The translations under genes and the position numbers were made by a program. From Patescibacteria group bacterium (lineage in GTDB: Bacteria > Patescibacteriota > Microgenomatia > UBA12405): a stretch of 64,000 nucleotides of DNA. Location: contig JAHIPV010000009.1 in NCBI GenBank assembly GCA_018902845.1, positions 8,950-72,949 on the forward strand, written 5' to 3'. How positions within the stretch are numbered: the first letter of the stretch is position 1; each line of letters starts with the position of its first letter. This document shows, one piece after another, positions 47,745-55,921 of the stretch. The notes beneath the pieces are model-generated. The model was given only the letters and a program-made list of their open reading frames with translations, had not been told where the DNA came from and did no database searches.

Positions 47745-48707
47745 TTAACTCAATGTAACTCTAGCTACAACGGATTGGTCAAAAAGGGTTTTGCCGACTT
47801 CTTCTACTTTTAAGCCTCTTTGTCCGAGTTCTTCTTTAAGTTCTGCAACCGTCCACAAAGGTGAATATCGTTGAAATTTTTCGCCAAAATTAATCATTGC
47901 GGGAACAGCAAATAACGCTCGCAAAGTTTGTCTTGTTTTACCGGGTTTGGCTATATCTCTAGGAAAAATTTGGGTCATAAATGCAATACCGAGTGCTTTT
48001 GAATCAAACTTGCCGGCTTCAAGCATGTGGAGCCAAAATTCCTCCGCAGTACTGCCGTTTTTGATTGCACCTTTAATAATTCTTGTCATAGTCTCTGGAT
48101 CAGTGTAGGTTAATGCCCAACTGCTATAATCGAGTGCTGGCGCCCCTGGGTGTTGCTCTGAAATTCTTCTGCGCTTTTCTACTGGAAATGGATCATAGAA
48201 ATTATAATCGACAATTTCATGTGGCATTCCAAGTCTATCAAGTCTTGTTCTCGCCAAGCCATTGGCTCCTCTGCTATCATCGTAGCTCAAATATTTAACT
48301 GGCTGAGATTTTCTAAAATATCTGGCGTCAAAACCACCTCCATCTCCCCAAGAAGAAACAATGCTTCCTTTTCTTGGTTTAATGTGTCCAACCATTTGAG
48401 CTCCTACCCCAAGAACCTGCATCATATCTGCAAATTTCGGTTTACCTTGACCCTCTTCACCCATTCTAAATCCAACGATATCTTGGTTCCAAAATTGACG
48501 AGTTTCTGCTCTAATTCTGGCTTCGACAAGTTCCCTATCTCCCCCAACCAGATGGTGAATTTTAGACAGCTCTCCTACACCAAGACCGTCAATTCCTTTT
48601 GTATTATAAAGCCTAAGCAATCCTTGTACGTCTGTTGGTCTGGGTGGTAGTGTTGTTTTTTCTTTTCCGAACATCAGCTTATAGCTAAGATTATAGCACA
48701 GCCCCAA
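47745..48707 (-). CDS. Hypothetical protein, GC-elevated (~42% against ~32% locally)
   Basis: 320 aa with no recognisable motif. Composition is atypical relative to its neighbours. Confidence 0.35.
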   Translation of the reverse strand: MGLCYNLSYKLMFGKEKTTLPPRPTDVQGLLRLYNTKGIDGLGVGELSKIHHLVGGDRELVEARIRAETRQFWNQDIVGFRMGEEGQGKPKFADMMQVLGVGAQMVGHIKPRKGSIVSSWGDGGGFDARYFRKSQPVKYLSYDDSRGANGLARTRLDRLGMPHEIVDYNFYDPFPVEKRRRISEQHPGAPALDYSSWALTYTDPETMTRIIKGAIKNGSTAEEFWLHMLEAGKFDSKALGIAFMTQIFPRDIAKPGKTRQTLRALFAVPAMINFGEKFQRYSPLWTVAELKEELGQRGLKVEEVGKTLFDQSVVARVTLS

Positions 48708-48735
48708 AAAAGCGAGGCGATTGAAATAAGAAACC

Positions 48736-48765
48736 GAAAAGAGAGGATTACTCCTCTCTTTTTAA
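48736..48765. terminator. Bidirectional rho-independent terminator hairpin downstream of the major pilin gene
   Basis: AAAGAGAGGA-TTAC-TCCTCTCTTT is a 10-bp stem, flanked by T-runs on both strands. Confidence 0.55.
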
Positions 48766-48806
48766 AGTCTAGACAGCCACGGAGGACTATCCCTACATTG
48801 TCTTCT

Positions 48807-49259
48807 TTATCTGGTAGCACTAATAGTGGTTGTGGCCAATTCTGTTCCTGGTGCGCTGACTGTAATACGATTTGCAGTAGCATCGGCTATACAAATATCA
48901 TACAAAGTATCAGCGGCAGTACCATTAACCGGATCCATTGGAATATCGGCAACGTAAGTTGGGGCTACAACAGCACCTAAATCAGCGCCTCCCACGGCTG
49001 TACCAATATTATCGGCTCCAACGGAACAAAGTGTAGCAATTCCGGCTGGAAGAGCACCGTTGTTGACCGGATCAGCCATATAAGCACTGACTGCAGTGAT
49101 AATAGTGTTAACGTCGGCTCTTCTTTGTGTGTCTCTGGCTTGAGCCATTTGTCTAGCTGGATTGACAGCTACTAAAACAACGGCGGCTAAAATTCCCAAG
49201 ATACCAATAACAACCAAAAGTTCAACTAATGTAAAAGCTTTTTGTTTTTTTATAATCAT
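48807..49259 (-). CDS. pilA: Type IV major pilin (PilA-like)
   Basis: KAFTLVELLVVIGILGILAAVVLVAV is a class III signal sequence and N-terminal helix with Glu at +5. 150 aa, with a GGAGGTG RBS 8 nt upstream. Confidence 0.8.
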   Translation of the reverse strand: MIIKKQKAFTLVELLVVIGILGILAAVVLVAVNPARQMAQARDTQRRADVNTIITAVSAYMADPVNNGALPAGIATLCSVGADNIGTAVGGADLGAVVAPTYVADIPMDPVNGTAADTLYDICIADATANRITVSAPGTELATTTISATR

Positions 49260-49370
49260 AATCTAAGAATTTTCACCTCCCTTTATATATTTTTAAGCAA
49301 ACGGAAATGTTAAAAAAGTTTGCGGGTCTGTATTTAGAGTAAAGCCAAGAAGGGTAGGTTGTCAAGGGTT

Positions 49371-49820
49371 TTATAGGTTTAGTGACTGTTCTTTTTCTAT
49401 TCTTTGATGAATTTTGATTAGTTTTTCTGGAATTTTTTGGTTGGATTTGGAAAGATAATCGTAAACGGCTTGGGCAAAGGCGTCAATGGCCAGCAGAGAA
49501 CAATGAATTTTAATCGGAGGAAGACCACCGAGTGATTTTACGATAGTGGATTTGTTGATTTTTAGGGCCTGATTGACGGTTTTGTTTTTGGCAAGTTCGG
49601 TTATGATACTGCTGTTGGCAATGGCGGCAGCGCAACCAAGAGTCTGGAATTTTATGTCTTTAATGATGGGTTGATTTTTTTTGTTTTTGGCTATTTTTAT
49701 ATAAAGGTACATGACGTCGCCACAAACTATATTACCAACCTTACCTATCCCGTCTGGATTTTTTATTTGACCACGATTGCGTGGGTTTTGAAAATGGTCT
49801 AAAACTTTTTTTGAATACAT
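49371..49820 (-). CDS. iscU: Fe-S cluster scaffold protein IscU/NifU-like
   Basis: YSKKVLDHFQNPRNRGQI, GDVMYLYI and three conserved Cys positions (CGD, C, C). Confidence 0.8.
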   Translation of the reverse strand: MYSKKVLDHFQNPRNRGQIKNPDGIGKVGNIVCGDVMYLYIKIAKNKKNQPIIKDIKFQTLGCAAAIANSSIITELAKNKTVNQALKINKSTIVKSLGGLPPIKIHCSLLAIDAFAQAVYDYLSKSNQKIPEKLIKIHQRIEKEQSLNL

Positions 49821-49839
49821 ATATTTAAAATTTAAAAAA

Positions 49840-50107
49840 CGCTTCGCTAGATCCTTCGATCGTAAAACTCACTCAGGATGACGAAATTTTGTCATTGCGA
49901 GGATCCGCTAGCTGGCGGAGACGTGGCAATCCCCGCCTGCAACGCTGTAGCAACTGCGGGCAGGCCGTTGGGATTTTGATCACGTTTTTTTACATTTCCG
50001 ACGGGATCACCACGTCACTTCGTTCCTCGTGATGACAGCGGCTTGTCATTGCTACGTCTACGGGCGACCGCAAGGGTCGCCCCTACAAAGGGTCGGCAAT
50101 GACAGCT
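49840..50107. repeat. Dense array of at least 8 concatenated GC-rich repeat modules (~270 bp) between iscU and iscS
   Basis: Contains GCTTCGCTAGATCCTTCG, CAGGATGACG, GTCATTGCGAGG, CCACGTCACTTCGTTCCTCGTGATGACAG, GGGCGACCGCAAGGGTCGCCCC and others. Confidence 0.85.
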
Positions 50108-51249
50108 TAAAAAGGGGAAAGCCGGCGGAGGTCTTTGATTATTTTTGGTAAAACTTTGATTAAATAATTAATTTCTTTTTTGGTAGTCCAACGACCAAAA
50201 CTGATTCTTATTGATCCGTGAGTTTGAGAAGGTTTCAGTCCACAAGCAAGAAGGACGTGAGAAGGTTTTAAATTATTTGAAGAACAGGCAGAACCGGTTG
50301 AAACAGCGATTCCCAGCTGATCAAGTTTTAACAAAATTGATTCGCCTTCAACGTTATCGAAACGAAAACTGGCAATGTTTGGGAGAGAGAATTTGAGATG
50401 GCCATTAAGATGAGAATTGGGAATTTTTTTGAGAATATTTTTTATAAGATGATGGCGGAGTTTGAACAATCTTTGGGATTCTGAAACAAGTTCAGAATGA
50501 CGAATGGTTGCTGTTTTGGCAAAGGCCGAAACAAGAGGAAGATTTACAGTTGAAGACCTTAAGGTATTTTCGTGACCGCCACCGTGTAAAAGTGGGGTAA
50601 TATTGGTTCCTTTTTTGATATAAAGCAGGGCAATTCCTTTGGGGCCATAAACTTTGTGAGATGAAGCTGTCAAAAGATCAATATTCATTTTTTTTACATT
50701 TATGGGAATTTTGCCAAAAGTCTGAGAGGCGTCGGTGTGAAAATATATATTAAGTTTGCAACAAATTTTTCCAATTTCTTCTATAGGCTCTATGGTTCCA
50801 ATTTCGTTATTGGCGTGCATGATAGAAACTAAAATTGTCTTTTTGGTGATAGATTTTTTAACATCACTAGGATTAACCCGACCAAATTTATCAACGGGAA
50901 TTTTGGTAATTTTGAATCCTTGAGTTTTTAGCCAATCGGCTGAGTTTAAAATACAGTCATGTTCGATAGAAGAAATGATGATGTGATTGCCTTTGTTTTT
51001 GTTGGCAAAAGCAATGCCCTTTAGAACAGTATTATTTGACTCGGTGGCCGAAGAAGTAAAAATTATCTCCGATGGGTCTGCTTTAATAAATTTGGCTATA
51101 TTTTTGCGATTTTTTTCTAAGATTTTTTTGGCTTTTTGACCAGATTGGTGCAAAGAAGAAGTGTTGGCAAAGTTGGAAAAATATGAAGAAAGGTGTTTTA
51201 TGATAATTGGATCAATTGGGGTGGTGGAAGCGTAATCTAAGTAAATCAT
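50107..51249 (-). CDS. iscS: Cysteine desulfurase (IscS/NifS family)
   Basis: MIYLDYASTTP N-terminus, the PLP-lysine region SSHKVYGPKG, and the active-site GSACSS. Confidence 0.85.
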   Translation of the reverse strand: MIYLDYASTTPIDPIIIKHLSSYFSNFANTSSLHQSGQKAKKILEKNRKNIAKFIKADPSEIIFTSSATESNNTVLKGIAFANKNKGNHIIISSIEHDCILNSADWLKTQGFKITKIPVDKFGRVNPSDVKKSITKKTILVSIMHANNEIGTIEPIEEIGKICCKLNIYFHTDASQTFGKIPINVKKMNIDLLTASSHKVYGPKGIALLYIKKGTNITPLLHGGGHENTLRSSTVNLPLVSAFAKTATIRHSELVSESQRLFKLRHHLIKNILKKIPNSHLNGHLKFSLPNIASFRFDNVEGESILLKLDQLGIAVSTGSACSSNNLKPSHVLLACGLKPSQTHGSIRISFGRWTTKKEINYLIKVLPKIIKDLRRLSPF

Positions 51250-51623
51250 GCGTCAGCTAGAGTCAATGAATTAAGAGAAGAAAACCAAGTTTTGTAAATT
51301 TTGAACCAAATTTTTTTGGCTTTACAGACTGATTGTTTAGGGCAGATATTTTCCATACAAGCAACCGGAAGAATTTTTTTTTCTAGGGCTTTGATTATTT
51401 GTCCAATTTTTATTTGATTGGCCGGTTTAGACAAAAAATAGCCACCCGTAGTTCCCCTTTTTACTTTTAACAAACCAGCTTTTTTGAGTGTGAGGAAAAT
51501 TTTGGCCAAATAATTTTCCGGAATTTTTTCTTCTTTTGAAATTTTTTTTATAGAAGAAAGTTTATTGTCTTTTAGATAAATCATGGCTATAAGGCCATAA
51601 CGGGTTTTGGTTGATATTTTCAT
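51246..51623 (-). CDS. iscR: Rrf2-family transcriptional regulator (IscR-like)
   Basis: KISTKTRYGLIAMIYL N-terminal wHTH and three Cys near the C-terminus (CMENICPKQSVC). Confidence 0.75.
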   Translation of the reverse strand: MKISTKTRYGLIAMIYLKDNKLSSIKKISKEEKIPENYLAKIFLTLKKAGLLKVKRGTTGGYFLSKPANQIKIGQIIKALEKKILPVACMENICPKQSVCKAKKIWFKIYKTWFSSLNSLTLADA

Positions 51624-51696
51624 ATATTTGAATTACGACTATTTTTGTCAGGATTAGTTTAGCAAAGACGACTGTTTTGGTCAAGTATTGACTGAT

Positions 51697-53178
51697 TTAT
51701 TCTGAAAAAAGTTGGACGGTGTAGATAAAGATTTCTGTTTTAGGATCAAGATAACAGTCTGAGCGCAGACCCATTTTTTGAGAGCAAAGCTGGGAGAGAA
51801 ATTCTTTTTTTGTCCAGCCGGTTTCTGTGGCCACTTGGGGCAAAAAAGTACCGGTACAATTGACATACTTTAGATAAACTCCGTGTTTGCCCATTTTAAT
51901 CTGCTTAATAGAATTAATTTTTTTTAGAGGTGAGAGAATAGAAATTTCTATTTTTATATCTTTTAGCTCTTGTTTTGTTAACGGAGGAAAACGAGGATCA
52001 TGAAAAGCCGAAGCTATGGTCGTTTTGGCTATTGTAGGCAGGAGTGTTCGATTAGCGACAAAACTGCCTATACAGCCTCTTAGTTGGCCATGTTTTTTTA
52101 GAGTAATAAAGATTCCTCTTTTTTTGGAACGTAATAAATTCTTCGAATTTAAACGTTCCTTTGGGGTTTTCCCTGTTTTTGTATAAGTTTCCAGGACTTG
52201 GCGGGAGTAATTTAAAAGAAATTTTTGTTCTTGAGAGGAGAGTTCGTGGGATTTATGTTCCGATGGGATTGCCGCGTCGTTGCGGGCGACCGCAAGGGTC
52301 GCCCCTACAGAAGACTGACTACTGCTCTTGTAAAAAGCGATAGAGGCGTAGCCGACTACCCTGTTTCCGTCCCCTGTTATTTTTCCGGAATTAGTGAGAT
52401 GCAGTAATTTACTTTTATTTATTTTTAAATTCTTGGCTACCAGTAAAGCAACCTCTATAGGTTGGCTGGCACAGGCGAAAGTATCAACATTTGGATAAGT
52501 TTGTTTTAGTTGAGAGAGTGTGTTTACGAATCGTTTGTGTTTAAGAGTCAGAATTGCATCAGTGGTTTTTTTGTCTACAATTTGGGCGGTTTTTTGTTTA
52601 GGATAATGAGAAAGATCGGAGGAAATAATTAAGAGGGTATTGTTGTTCAAATTGTCTGAAATTTTTTGAGCTAGTAATTTAAGATCTTTTTGGCTGGCTT
52701 GGCCGATTAGGATGGGAATGATTTGGAAATTTTTTAATACTTCTTGCAAAAAAGGTAGTTGAACTTCCAAAGAATGTTCTTGTTGATGGGCTTGTTTATC
52801 AACAAAAATGTTTTTGTCTGTAAGCTTGGCAATAAAATTTTTGCTGATTTTGATTTTGCCTAGTGGCGTTTGCCAAAAATCACTGTCATCTATGGCAATT
52901 CCTCTGAAAAAAGCTGAATGACTAACACCTAGAAGAACAATGTGCTTAAAATTATAGTTTTCGATTTGACGAAAGGCATGAGCCGCCACTTGGCCGGAAT
53001 AATCATAGCCGGCGTGAGGGACTATAAGAATTTTGGGGGGCTTCCCCCTCCGGGTGACTGCGCCAAGGCTTGTGTTTTTGATATTAACTTTATTTAAAAA
53101 TTTTTGAATAGTGGAAGAAAGTTTTTTGGCCGAATTGGGATAAAACTGGCCGGCAACAACAGGCTGACGAATTAGCAT
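51697..53178 (-). CDS. AmmeMemoRadiSam system fusion: Memo-like protein B N-terminal domain plus AMMECR1 protein A C-terminal domain, with in-frame repeat insertions
   Basis: ILIVPHAGYDYSG is Memo-like. GCIGSF...DPRFPPLT is the AMMECR1 signature. The linker SSVGATLAVARNDAAIPS is encoded by the repeat at 52262-52320. The N-terminal SLGAVTRRGKPPK is encoded by the repeat at 53036-53070. Confidence 0.7.
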   Translation of the reverse strand: MLIRQPVVAGQFYPNSAKKLSSTIQKFLNKVNIKNTSLGAVTRRGKPPKILIVPHAGYDYSGQVAAHAFRQIENYNFKHIVLLGVSHSAFFRGIAIDDSDFWQTPLGKIKISKNFIAKLTDKNIFVDKQAHQQEHSLEVQLPFLQEVLKNFQIIPILIGQASQKDLKLLAQKISDNLNNNTLLIISSDLSHYPKQKTAQIVDKKTTDAILTLKHKRFVNTLSQLKQTYPNVDTFACASQPIEVALLVAKNLKINKSKLLHLTNSGKITGDGNRVVGYASIAFYKSSSQSSVGATLAVARNDAAIPSEHKSHELSSQEQKFLLNYSRQVLETYTKTGKTPKERLNSKNLLRSKKRGIFITLKKHGQLRGCIGSFVANRTLLPTIAKTTIASAFHDPRFPPLTKQELKDIKIEISILSPLKKINSIKQIKMGKHGVYLKYVNCTGTFLPQVATETGWTKKEFLSQLCSQKMGLRSDCYLDPKTEIFIYTVQLFSE

Positions 53179-53215
53179 ATGATAATAGTATAGTTGAATT
53201 CTGCAAAGCAGAATA

Positions 53216-53260
53216 TCTCGAACAAGTCGAGAGATCCCTCCGCTTCGGTCGGGATGACAA
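53216..53260. repeat. GC-rich repeat module in the divergent promoter region of the AmmeMemoRadiSam genes
   Basis: CTCGAACAAGTCGAGAGATCCCTCCGCTTCGGTCGGGATGACAAT; compare 6309-6352. Confidence 0.85.
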
Positions 53261-53280
53261 TAATATCTGTATTAAAAAAA

Positions 53281-54330
53281 ATGAAAAAAGCAAAGACATT
53301 GTACAAAAAATTAGATAAGAATACGGTGCAGTGCAGGGCTTGCAATTGGTATTGCAAGATTAAAGAAGGAAATGTGGGGATATGTGGAGTAAGGCAAAAC
53401 AATAGTGGAGAGTTGTGTTTGTTGGTGGATGGAAAAATAATTAGCTTAGCGGTAGATCCGATTGAAAAAAAGCCTTTGTTTCATTTTTTGCCGGCAAGTA
53501 AAACTTTATCTTTTGGAACTTTGGGGTGTAATTTTGGTTGCGCTTTTTGCCAGAATTGGCAACAATCGCAAGGAATAAAGGGGAAATTATGGTTGCTTTT
53601 AAATTATTCAGAGGTCAGGAGATCCCTCGACTTCGCTCGGGATGACAAGACTCCTAAAGAGATTGTAGAAAAAGCCGAGAAATTGGGGTGTGAGTCAATT
53701 GCTTATACCTACAACGAGCCAACGATTTTTGTTGAATATGCTTATGAAACGATGAAGCTGGCAAAAAAGGCGGGTATAAAAAATGTATGGGTGTCTAATG
53801 GATTCATGTCAGATGAGAGTTTTGAGCTAATAAAAGATTTGATTGACGGCATTAATATTGATTTAAAAAGTATAAATAGTGACTTTTATAGAAAAATTTG
53901 TAAAGGAAAATTAGAACCGGTTTTGAAAAATATTAAGAAATTTTATAAGGCTGGAATTTGGATAGAGTTGACTACTATGATAATTGCCGGCGAAAACGAC
54001 TCCCCTGCTGAGTTAAAAAAAATTGCTGAGTTTATTGCTAATCTTTCTTGCGACATTCCTTGGCACGTAACCGCTTTTCATCCTGATTATAAAATGATGG
54101 ACAAAGAAGCTACTAGCTTGGAAAAATTGGAAGAGGCATGGCAAATTGGTAAAAAATCTGGCTTAAAGTATATTTATACCGGCAATGTTTGGGGTGGAAA
54201 AAATTCAACATATTGTGTGGAATGTGGAAATTTGCTAATAGATAGGGGGGATTATGGATCAGGAAAAGTTTTGGGGTTGGCAGATGGAAAATGTGAAGAG
54301 TGTGGCCAGAAAATTAGTGGAGCGTGGTAG
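53281..54330 (+). CDS. AmmeMemoRadiSam system radical SAM enzyme, with an in-frame repeat insertion. The ATG at 53281 is preferred over the TTG at 53194.
   Basis: GTLGCNFGCAFCQNW is a radical-SAM Cys motif. The segment EVRRSLDFARDDK is encoded by the repeat at 53611-53650. The upstream extension from 53194 only reads through a repeat. Confidence 0.75.
   Translation: MKKAKTLYKKLDKNTVQCRACNWYCKIKEGNVGICGVRQNNSGELCLLVDGKIISLAVDPIEKKPLFHFLPASKTLSFGTLGCNFGCAFCQNWQQSQGIKGKLWLLLNYSEVRRSLDFARDDKTPKEIVEKAEKLGCESIAYTYNEPTIFVEYAYETMKLAKKAGIKNVWVSNGFMSDESFELIKDLIDGINIDLKSINSDFYRKICKGKLEPVLKNIKKFYKAGIWIELTTMIIAGENDSPAELKKIAEFIANLSCDIPWHVTAFHPDYKMMDKEATSLEKLEEAWQIGKKSGLKYIYTGNVWGGKNSTYCVECGNLLIDRGDYGSGKVLGLADGKCEECGQKISGAW
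53611..53650. repeat. 39-bp repeat element, in frame in the radical SAM gene
   Basis: See 32912-32950. Confidence 0.85.
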
Positions 54331-54742
54331 AAAGTAATTTTTCTAATTTGTTTATACAAGATTGGGTGTTGATAAAAAGAATGGTGGTTATGCCAAGTTC
54401 TTGGGCTGAGTCAATGTTTCGAGTTATGTCATCAACAAAAATACATTGATCTGGACTAAGATTGAGCTTGTTTAGGGCTAGTTGAAAAATTTTGTGATTT
54501 GGTTTAAAAAGACCGGTTTCTTGGGAGATAAAAATTTGATCAAAAAGATCATCTAGGGAAAAATTTGAAAGTCGTTTGAATTTTTGCCTAATGGTGGATG
54601 AAGTGTTTGATATGACAACGGTTTTTACACTGGCCTTCTTTAGTTTTTTTATTGTTTGTATTAATTCTAAATTAGGACGGGAATTTGGCAAAATCAAAAC
54701 ATTGCTAATATCAAAAATAACGGCCTTGTAGTCTGTTTTCAT
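54314..54742 (-). CDS. HAD-superfamily hydrolase (small)
   Basis: AVIFDISNVLI motif I-like start and VDD near the C-terminus; 142 aa. Confidence 0.5.
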   Translation of the reverse strand: MKTDYKAVIFDISNVLILPNSRPNLELIQTIKKLKKASVKTVVISNTSSTIRQKFKRLSNFSLDDLFDQIFISQETGLFKPNHKIFQLALNKLNLSPDQCIFVDDITRNIDSAQELGITTILFINTQSCINKLEKLLSTTLH

Positions 54743-54744
54743 TA

Positions 54745-55086
54745 AAAAATTAAAAATACTTTGACAAAACGATCCAGAAAAGAATTATAAAAATATAGGC
54801 TATTAGCCAGATGGTAGTGCTGATAACCAGTTTTATGGCTTTGACAGTCTGCTTTTTTTTCCAAAAAAGAATGAATGGATAGCCTAAGGTTAACAGGGCT
54901 GAAATTAAAGCGGAGACGACAAAAAGAATAAGAAATAGAAGCGGGCCAAGAAAATTTGGTGCTTTGCCAAAAAGGTTGTTTCCGTATAAAAAAAGAAGAC
55001 CGATTAAAGAACAGTAGGCAAATAGTCCAGTAGCTTGTAAAAAAGCAATGAGATTTAAAGACAGTTTCTTTTTGTTTCTGATAAGT
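54745..55086 (-). pseudogene. Polytopic membrane protein ORF (~113 codons) with no in-frame ATG/GTG start. Possible pseudogene or fragment.
   Basis: The open frame LIRNKKKLSLNLIAFLQATGLF...IILFWIVLSKYF contains no Met. It lies between the HAD gene and the left boundary of the insertion cassette. Confidence 0.25.
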
Positions 55087-55132
55087 TATGATAACAAATA
55101 TTGAGCTGAAAGGCTGTTTTATAGGAAAAAGG

Positions 55133-55190
55133 AATAACGCTTCGCTAGATCCTTCGTCCGATCAATCGGACTCAGGATGACAAATAGGGG
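55133..55190. repeat. GC-rich repeat block abutting the left direct repeat of the cassette
   Basis: GCTTCGCTAGATCCTTCGTCCGATCAATCGGACTCAGGATGACA. Confidence 0.8.
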
Positions 55191-55193
55191 TTG

Positions 55194-55220
55194 TTCGTAA
55201 CGGAGGGCGTCGATGGGATT
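55194..55220. repeat. Left 27-bp direct repeat (TTCGTAACGGAGGGCGTCGATGGGATT), copy of the FtsX permease 3-prime end
   Basis: Identical to 57982-58008. The reverse complement encodes NPIDALRYE but lacks the stop codon. Confidence 0.9.
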
Positions 55221-55235
55221 ACTCTGATTTTAAGC

Positions 55236-55526
55236 TTAAAATTGTACTGAAGCCTTACCCTGTACAAACTGGCGAATTAAAGCATTTAACAATGTTTGAT
55301 ATGGAACATTGTTTCTTTTCGCTTTTGCCTTTACTTTGATTAAGTCTCCTTGATTAACACGGATTGTTATTCTTTTTGATTTTTGCAATTCTTCGTAATT
55401 TTTGACTGCTTCTTTAAAAAGATTTTTAGCATGACTTAGATTAGAAGTACTGACAAATTCTTCTCTTTGTAAGGCTTTTTCGATTCTTTTTTCTTGTTTG
55501 TCTAATTTTGGATTAATTTTTTTCAT
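55236..55526 (-). CDS. BrnA-like antitoxin (CopG/RHH-like)
   Basis: C-terminal ITIRVNQGDLIKVKAKAKRNNVPYQTLLNALIRQ resembles BrnA; compare DVPYQSLLKIFL in 61840-62118. Confidence 0.5.
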   Translation of the reverse strand: MKKINPKLDKQEKRIEKALQREEFVSTSNLSHAKNLFKEAVKNYEELQKSKRITIRVNQGDLIKVKAKAKRNNVPYQTLLNALIRQFVQGKASVQF

Positions 55527-55531
55527 GATTT

Positions 55532-55816
55532 TTATTTCCTTTTTAAATATTTATTTGTTAATACTCTACTCGGATAAACTGTCTTTAAGAAAATTGTTTT
55601 TTTTCTTTTATCGATTACATAAGGTACAGCATAAATATAATTTTTAATCTTAATTATTAATATTCTTTGTTTTGGATACTTTTTTTTATTTTTGTGTTTT
55701 AAGTTATCGAGAATTTTATTATTCTTAATGGCGTTAATTACTTGATCAAAACCAACGCCTCGAGTTTGTTGAAGTAATAAATTTTTTTCTTCACTAAACT
55801 CTATACTTAAATTCAC
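55532..55816 (-). CDS. BrnT-like toxin (DUF497-like), GTG start
   Basis: IEFSEEKNLLLQQTRGVGFDQV resembles the BrnT N-terminal FEWDxxKxxxNxxKHGVxFEE. Gene order is toxin first, then antitoxin. Confidence 0.45.
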   Translation of the reverse strand: MNLSIEFSEEKNLLLQQTRGVGFDQVINAIKNNKILDNLKHKNKKKYPKQRILIIKIKNYIYAVPYVIDKRKKTIFLKTVYPSRVLTNKYLKRK

Positions 55817-55823
55817 TGTTTAT

Positions 55824-55852
55824 ATTTTAGCATTGTGTACATCCGTTGTCAA
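55824..55852 (-). promoter_or_regulatory. Candidate promoter TTGACA-17-TAAAAT (minus strand) for the BrnT-like gene, with a TGTGTACA palindrome in the spacer
   Basis: Read directly from the sequence. Confidence 0.4.
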
Positions 55853-55921
55853 TACGTTAAATAAATTAAAAAGAGAAGTTGAAAAAACTAAAGTTTTTTT
55901 TTAGTTGAGTTAAAATAGGTT

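Noticed and set aside
53194-53280. TTG-initiated 29-codon N-terminal extension of the radical SAM gene
   Set aside because: The extension only reads through a repeat module (SRDPSASVGMT peptide). The ATG at 53281 directly precedes the conserved N-terminus (MKKAKTLYKKL), so it is the preferred start.
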